From an uncultured Chlamydiales bacterium (GTDB lineage Bacteria > Chlamydiota > Chlamydiia > Chlamydiales > Rhabdochlamydiaceae): a stretch of 64,000 nt of DNA. The stretch lies in contig OY969554.1 in the NCBI GenBank assembly GCA_963700985.1, positions 896,001 through 960,000 on the forward strand. Direction: 5' to 3'. Within the stretch, counting starts at the first letter, position 1. Each line of letters begins with the position of its first letter. Positions 58,497 to 64,000 of this stretch are shown here, one piece after another. Position numbers and translations under genes: made by a program. Below the pieces are notes generated by a model. It had not been told where the DNA came from. It did not search any database and was given only the letters and a program-made list of their open reading frames with translations.

Positions 58497-59832
58497 CTGA
58501 TATCATTTGGTCGATGTAGTTGATGAAGTAATCATGGCTTAAGAAGCGTTTATCTTCAAACATGAAAAGATGGAAAGGAATAGTTGAGTAGACGCCACCT
58601 ATGTGAAACTCTCTCAATGCACGCTTTGCAACGGCGATCGCCTCATTGCGATCTTTTCCCTTAACAATCAACTTTGCAATCATCGAATCATAGTTAGGCG
58701 GAATGCGATAGCCAGAATAGCAGGCGCTATCAATACGCACATGTGGCCCACCTGGGGGGATATAGTATTCTAAAAGACCAGGTGAAGGCGCAAAATTGCT
58801 AGCTGGATTTTCCGCATTGATGCGGCATTGAATTATGTGGCCAGTAAAAGTGATGTCTTTCTGCTTAAGTTTGAGTTTTTCACCCATAGCTACGCGGATC
58901 TGTTCGCGGATAAGATCCACACCCGTGAGCTCTTCGGTAACGGTGTGTTCCACCTGAATGCGCGTGTTGACTTCCATGAAATAGTAGTGGCCTTTCTCAT
59001 CTAGAAGAAACTCAACAGTGCCCACTGAGTGGTAATTTGCCGCTTTAGCAATTGCAACAGCCGATTCACCCATCTTTTTTCGAAGTGCTGCATTCACAAC
59101 CGGGCTTGGCGCTTCTTCGATAAGTTTCTGACGTCTACGTTGAATTGAACAGTCACGCTCACCTAAGTGAATAATATTTCCATGCTTATCTGCCAAAATC
59201 TGAACTTCGATGTGGCGTGGATTGACCACCATCTTTTCAAGATAGACATCTGGGTTATTGAAGCTGGCTTCTGCTTCTGTGCGAGCTGCCGCGAACTGAC
59301 GGATAAATTCATCAGCATCATGCGCAATACGGATGCCTTTACCGCCGCCGCCGGCTGTAGCTTTAATGAAAACAGGAAACCCAATTTTTTTAGCTTCTTT
59401 AAGCGCTTCTTGCACATCCTCGATGACCCCTTCAGACCCTGGGATAACCGGACACTTAACACTTTTAGCGGTAGCTTTAGCACGCGCCTTATCACCTAGA
59501 AGAGCGATGGATTGATGTGACGGACCAATAAAATTGAGGCCGCAGCTTTCACAGATAGAAGCGAAATTTGCATTTTCAGCTAAAAATCCATAGCCTGGGT
59601 GGATCGCATCTGCGCCCGTAACTTCAGCCGCGGAAAGGATGTTTGAGATTTTAAGATAGGATTTTTGCGAAGGGGGCTCACCGATACAGATCGCTTCATC
59701 AGCAAGTAGAACGTGCAGAGCTTCAGCGTCAGCCTGAGAATAAACCGCAACTGTCTGCAAACCTAGATCGTGACAGGCTCGGATAATCCGGACCGCGATT
59801 TCACCTCTATTTGCAATAAGAACTTTTTTCAT
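58465..59832 (-). CDS. accC: Acetyl-CoA carboxylase, biotin carboxylase subunit
   Basis: KVLIANRGEIAVR, HPGYGFLAEN, ERDCSIQRR, FMEVNTRIQVEH. Confidence 0.97.
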   Translation of the reverse strand: MKKVLIANRGEIAVRIIRACHDLGLQTVAVYSQADAEALHVLLADEAICIGEPPSQKSYLKISNILSAAEVTGADAIHPGYGFLAENANFASICESCGLNFIGPSHQSIALLGDKARAKATAKSVKCPVIPGSEGVIEDVQEALKEAKKIGFPVFIKATAGGGGKGIRIAHDADEFIRQFAAARTEAEASFNNPDVYLEKMVVNPRHIEVQILADKHGNIIHLGERDCSIQRRRQKLIEEAPSPVVNAALRKKMGESAVAIAKAANYHSVGTVEFLLDEKGHYYFMEVNTRIQVEHTVTEELTGVDLIREQIRVAMGEKLKLKQKDITFTGHIIQCRINAENPASNFAPSPGLLEYYIPPGGPHVRIDSACYSGYRIPPNYDSMIAKLIVKGKDRNEAIAVAKRALREFHIGGVYSTIPFHLFMFEDKRFLSHDYFINYIDQMISDGCNFTLQKD

Positions 59833-59835
59833 AGT

Positions 59836-60339
59836 TTAGACAATTCGAAAGAGCTTTGTGGCAAATTCAACAGGATGGGCATTTTCCACAAGAACTTCAG
59901 CTAAAGTACCGCTTACGCCTGCTTTTACTTCATTCATAACTTTCATGGCTTCGATGATGCAAAGAACTGTATTCTCTTCGACACGATCGCCAATTTTAGC
60001 AAACGGTGGATCATCTGGAGATGGAGCATTATAAAAAGTTCCAACCATGGGAGACAAGACATGTTTGCCATCTTCTTTCTTAGGCGCAGGAGCCTCAGCG
60101 TGGCCTTCTTTAGCAGGAAGAGCAGATGGTCGCGGGTGATGATGCTCGCTTTCGCGGGGATGAAAATGCGCAGCAGAGTAGAAAGGAGAAGGCGGAGGCA
60201 AAGCAGAAGAATGAGCCATTCCAGGCTCATCATGACGCTCGAGCTGTAATTCGAAGCCGCTCTTTTCTTTGATGCTTAACTTTTTGAGACCGGCGCGCTC
60301 CATAGCGGCCATAAGTTCTTTGATCTGTTTTAATTCCAC
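59836..60339 (-). CDS. accB: Biotin carboxyl carrier protein
   Basis: SPMVGTFY, EAMKVMNE; GTG start. Confidence 0.95.
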   Translation of the reverse strand: MELKQIKELMAAMERAGLKKLSIKEKSGFELQLERHDEPGMAHSSALPPPSPFYSAAHFHPRESEHHHPRPSALPAKEGHAEAPAPKKEDGKHVLSPMVGTFYNAPSPDDPPFAKIGDRVEENTVLCIIEAMKVMNEVKAGVSGTLAEVLVENAHPVEFATKLFRIV

Positions 60340-60342
60340 AAC

Positions 60343-60933
60343 TTATACCCTCTGAATATATTCATTAGTGTGGCAATCAACTTTAATGATATCGCCTGTT
60401 TCGACAAACATTGGCACTTCGATTTTAGCGCCTGTTTCTAAAATAGCGGTCTTGGTCGCATTGGCCACAGAAGCAGCGGATTCGCTCGCCTCAGTTTTGA
60501 CAACCATGAGCTCCAAGAACTGCGGGAGTTCCACAGAGAAAATGGTATCACCATAAAACATCGCTTTTATCTCGGTTCCTTCTTTGAGAAAGTGAACCTT
60601 ATCGCCAATTACTGTGGCAGGAACAAGCACTTCCTCAAGATTACCGATATCTAGGAATAGATAATCTTTTCCTTCCATGTAAAGAAATTCAAGCCGGCGC
60701 TCGACGAGAGAAACCTCATCGACGGGCAGATTTAGCTTGAAGTTCTTCTCGATAACTTCATCGGAGATTAAGTTTTTAAGCTTAGTCTTAATGAAAGGTA
60801 CGCCTTTAGCGACCGTCACCTTAACAGCTGACTCGACACGATAAACCTTTCCATCAACGCTGAGAATCATCCCCGGCGTGATCTGGTTGCTGGTCGTGAC
60901 CCCTTTCTTTACTTCAGTGTTCACTGTTGACAT
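60343..60933 (-). CDS. efp: Elongation factor P (divergent chlamydial paralog)
   Basis: KTAILETGAKIEVPMFVETGDIIKVD...EYIQRV; position upstream of accB. Confidence 0.9.
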   Translation of the reverse strand: MSTVNTEVKKGVTTSNQITPGMILSVDGKVYRVESAVKVTVAKGVPFIKTKLKNLISDEVIEKNFKLNLPVDEVSLVERRLEFLYMEGKDYLFLDIGNLEEVLVPATVIGDKVHFLKEGTEIKAMFYGDTIFSVELPQFLELMVVKTEASESAASVANATKTAILETGAKIEVPMFVETGDIIKVDCHTNEYIQRV

Positions 60934-61591
60934 GCTTAATAACGCCCTTCATCTCATTAAGTTGAAAGATAGTAAAATCTACAGCACTCTTCGGCTCGAC
61001 GCTGTTTAGCCCACGGCCATTTTTTAGATGCACTGTTTTAAAGCCTAGCTCCTTGGCGGGGACGAGGTCGATGTGAATGCGGTCACCGCAGACGATCACC
61101 TCAGGAGGAGAGAATCCCAGCTCTCGAGCAAACTTTTCGTAGTAAATTTTTTTGTTTCGGTCTTCCGAAACCGCAATTCTACTAAATAGTGTGAGATCAA
61201 TACCAGCTTTTTCCAGTTTTGCAAACTGTACTCCTGGGCAACCCATCGTTACCAATCCAAGTATATGCTTTTCTTTAAGATGCCTCAGAATTTCCATCGC
61301 ACCTTCAACCTGCTTAAGGGGCATCTGGATTAGAGGGTTCTCAGTCAGCGCTTTCATCCCAATTTCAAGAAATTTCTCGTCAGCCTGGTGAATCTCTAAA
61401 AATTCTATGAGCGTGTCCCGAGAAGTGAGCTTTGTTTGATCCAGCTGCTTGATCTGAGCAAGCGCTTCCTCTTTCTGAGCAAGCACCAACCCCTCTTCAC
61501 ACATACACTGAAGAGCCTCGGCCAACCTGATTGGCGTGATGCAGCCAGAAGTATCGACAAGGGTGTCGTCTAGATCAAAGATTATTAACAA
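60914..61591 (-). CDS. HAD-superfamily hydrolase
   Basis: FDLDDTL motif I and CGDRIHIDL motif IV. Confidence 0.85.
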   Translation of the reverse strand: MLIIFDLDDTLVDTSGCITPIRLAEALQCMCEEGLVLAQKEEALAQIKQLDQTKLTSRDTLIEFLEIHQADEKFLEIGMKALTENPLIQMPLKQVEGAMEILRHLKEKHILGLVTMGCPGVQFAKLEKAGIDLTLFSRIAVSEDRNKKIYYEKFARELGFSPPEVIVCGDRIHIDLVPAKELGFKTVHLKNGRGLNSVEPKSAVDFTIFQLNEMKGVIKHVNSEH

Positions 61592-62537
61592 TTTTCATCA
61601 ACTCTTGTGCAAGTTTTTTAGTGTCATGGCGAATTAGGCTGCGGCGCAATAGATCTTTCTTGGGTCCAGCTTTTACCTCTCCTAAAAGAGGCGCACACAC
61701 AATTCGTGCGTCTTGGAGATCATTTGAAACCAGATCGCCTTCTTCCGCATAAACCTCAATCAATTCTTTGGCAGGCTTCTGATTATTTACCAAGACAAAG
61801 TCAAAGATATCACTGCCGATATAACGGGTTAGCTCTTGCAGATAGTGGCTCACCTGAAAACCCGTTGTCTGTCCTTTGCGGTTCATCAAGTTTACAATGA
61901 AGACTTTCTTTGCCTGACTCTGCTTTAAGATATCGCTCATGCCCTCAACTAGCAAATTCGGAATAAGAGAAGTGTGCAACCCCCCTGGCCCCATGATCAC
62001 GAGATCGGCATTCATAATTTCATCAATCGCATGTGGATTAGCTTTCGGATAGGGCTCTAAATAAATGCTCTTATAGCCCTGGTCGATCTCTTGTGAGAGG
62101 TAGATCTCCTTCTCGCCTTCTAATACGCGGCGATTATTTAGAATCATCTTCAGGCGCACTTGGTGCGTTGTAACTGGAATAACTTTTCCACGAATGGCTA
62201 AAATTCGACCCACTTCGTCCACAGCTTTTTCAAAACTTCCCGTGACTTTTTCAAGCGCTGAAAGCAGCAAGTTACCAAAACTATGTCCACCTAATCCGCC
62301 ATTTTCAAAGCGGTAATTCATCAAGCTGCGCATGAGTCTAGAAGAATTAGAAAGCGCAACTAAACATTGGCGTACATCTCCTGGTGGAAGAACTCCGAGC
62401 TCATCACGCAGAATTCCCGTGCTTCCCCCATCATCAGCCATAGAGACAATGGCACTGATATCGACATCGTAATTTTTAAGACCCTCTAGAACAGCAAAAT
62501 TTCCTGTTCCGCCACCGATCACGACAATTTTTTTCAT
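61575..62537 (-). CDS. yvcK: YvcK/GlmR (CofD-related) family protein
   Basis: IGGGTG, ADDGGSTG, PPGDVRQCL, GHSFGNL, GPGGLHTSLIPNL, RHD. Confidence 0.85.
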   Translation of the reverse strand: MKKIVVIGGGTGNFAVLEGLKNYDVDISAIVSMADDGGSTGILRDELGVLPPGDVRQCLVALSNSSRLMRSLMNYRFENGGLGGHSFGNLLLSALEKVTGSFEKAVDEVGRILAIRGKVIPVTTHQVRLKMILNNRRVLEGEKEIYLSQEIDQGYKSIYLEPYPKANPHAIDEIMNADLVIMGPGGLHTSLIPNLLVEGMSDILKQSQAKKVFIVNLMNRKGQTTGFQVSHYLQELTRYIGSDIFDFVLVNNQKPAKELIEVYAEEGDLVSNDLQDARIVCAPLLGEVKAGPKKDLLRRSLIRHDTKKLAQELMKIVNNL

Positions 62538-63400
62538 GATTTTTTCTCTTCCACGGTCACAAAAGGCAATGTGGGGTTAAAGTATAGAGTACAAAAGCTT
62601 AAATTTGAAACTGTTCTCACCAAAAAATCTGTATGTGAAAGCAGCAGACAATCCATCACCGCCTGCTCTCCTATCCCATACTGATCTTTATCAGCAAAGT
62701 GCACTGGTTTACCATTTGTTGATCTTTGAGCATCAATATAGAGGATCCGATCTTTAAACTCTGTTGAGATTTCATCTAAAAACTGCTGTTCATCGGTCGC
62801 TACAAAGATTTTATAGCCATCAGACGGAAGTTTATCCACAGCTTTTCGGATCTCGACAAATATTTTTTTAAAGGAAACACGTCCAGCTTCTCTTTTCTTA
62901 TCGGTTCCCCGAAAATGGACTCCTACCACAAAAAAATCTTTAAAATTCTTATCCACATAACGCGCCACCTTCTGCTTAATTTCAGGCTGGAGATGCACAT
63001 GTCTTTGGATAAGTGCATACCCCTCCTGCCTAGACATAGATTTGAAAGCAGCTTTGTGAAATTTGTGAATCTGGCGATGTGTAACAGTTTTAACCTGCGC
63101 ATCATCTGTGGCTCCAAACTGGACCGGATCGAAATAGTAGCTCCACCAATTAGGACCTTTTTGCGCGTCATAATACAGCCCATTACATCCAAAATCGATG
63201 CGGCAGCCGACCCAGCCCTCTTCTTCATAAAAATGTAGAAAGCCCAGTGTGGTTAGAAAAACACTGAACAAGCCCGAAGCATCACCTGGTGAGCGCAGCA
63301 CCAAAAATGAGGGCTGCGTTGAATAGGAAAATTCTTTTGAAAAGGCAGCGCTCGGAAAAAAGAGCACCAATAGAAAAATCAGTGAACCTCGCTTGATCAA
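62534..63400 (-). CDS. NodZ/O-fucosyltransferase-like glycosyltransferase with signal peptide
   Basis: NWWSYYFDP, GVHFRGTDK, IFVATDE, DCLLLS..D..V.T.SN motifs. Confidence 0.7.
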   Translation of the reverse strand: MIKRGSLIFLLVLFFPSAAFSKEFSYSTQPSFLVLRSPGDASGLFSVFLTTLGFLHFYEEEGWVGCRIDFGCNGLYYDAQKGPNWWSYYFDPVQFGATDDAQVKTVTHRQIHKFHKAAFKSMSRQEGYALIQRHVHLQPEIKQKVARYVDKNFKDFFVVGVHFRGTDKKREAGRVSFKKIFVEIRKAVDKLPSDGYKIFVATDEQQFLDEISTEFKDRILYIDAQRSTNGKPVHFADKDQYGIGEQAVMDCLLLSHTDFLVRTVSNLSFCTLYFNPTLPFVTVEEKKS

Positions 63401-64000
63401 GCAAGTTCCAATTTTTTAAACTTTGCGATCGCCTCTTTCATATTGGGTGTTTTGAAGAGATAGTCCCCGGAGACAAGCACATTCGCTCCTGCCTCAACGC
63501 AACTCTTAGCCGTCTCTCCATTCACACCCCCATCGACCTGAATATCAAAGGGCGGCAGACTGGAGTCTTCTAAAGAAACCACACCACCTTTATAGATGCT
63601 GAGATCTTTGCAGAGCTTACGCGTAAAGCTCACCTTCTCTAACACTTCGGGCATAAACGCCTGTCCGCCAAAGCCTGGATGGACAGTCATCAATAAGATG
63701 AGATCGCACTTGTCCAGGAATTTGGGAATCATGCTCTCTGAGGTTTCAGGATTAAAGGCGAGTCCAGCTTGGATTCCACATTTTCTAATATATTCGAGAG
63801 TCTCCGCAACATCCTCGGTGGCTTCAAAATGAAAGGTGATACGATCTGCACCAGCTTCAATAAATCGTTCGATGTAATCGTAGGGATTGTACATCATGAT
63901 ATGCACGTCCAAAAAGAGATCGGTGGCGCGATTAACCGCAGCCACAGTCTTGGGGCCCATAGTCAGATTGGGCACAAAATGGCCATCCATGACATCGAGG
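63397..64000 (-). CDS. rpe: Ribulose-phosphate 3-epimerase, 5'-truncated by the window edge
   Basis: DVMDGHFVPNLT, MTVHPGFGGQ, QVDGG, LVSG. Confidence 0.95.
   Translation of the reverse strand, partial: LDVMDGHFVPNLTMGPKTVAAVNRATDLFLDVHIMMYNPYDYIERFIEAGADRITFHFEATEDVAETLEYIRKCGIQAGLAFNPETSESMIPKFLDKCDLILLMTVHPGFGGQAFMPEVLEKVSFTRKLCKDLSIYKGGVVSLEDSSLPPFDIQVDGGVNGETAKSCVEAGANVLVSGDYLFKTPNMKEAIAKFKKLELA

Noticed and set aside
1-64000. CRISPR array, prophage, integrase, intact IS or rRNA
   Set aside because: No regularly spaced short repeats and no recombinase, transposase, phage or rRNA signatures seen by eye.

Overview
About 64 kb of a bacterial chromosome, most likely from an environmental member of the phylum Chlamydiae. 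The evidence is a stand-alone SWIB protein, a CPn0927-type hydrolase, Lpg1974/MOMP-like porins, a divergent EF-P in an rpe-efp-accB-accC context, tRNAs without encoded CCA, and F-box/ankyrin/kinase effector-like genes. Both ends are housekeeping: dusB and an ABC-F at left; ttcA-putP-surE, tRNA-Val/Asp, YitT, LOG, rfbA-hpt-accC-accB-efp and rpe at right. The middle (about 4.7-49.7 kb) is accessory-rich. The best candidate for an undescribed system is at 14.4-22.1 kb: two paralogous ~850-aa proteins with a Cys/Met-metabolism PLP-like C-terminal domain, one overlapping an ATP-grasp ligase, next to a divergent Fe/2OG oxygenase. Other notable items: an archaeal-type AspRS fused to a YbaK-like editing domain, a kinase with a WNK-like lysine layout, a circularly permuted D-amino-acid-oxidase homologue, an unannotated 37-aa cationic ORF, a G7-frameshifted sialidase-like gene, a 2001-aa modular autotransporter, a GH64-like glucanase next to a porin, and a multi-hairpin element carrying an inverted copy of the tRNA-Tyr 3' end. 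No CRISPR array, rRNA, integrase or intact transposase was seen. All calls come from reading motifs by eye; no database searches were run.
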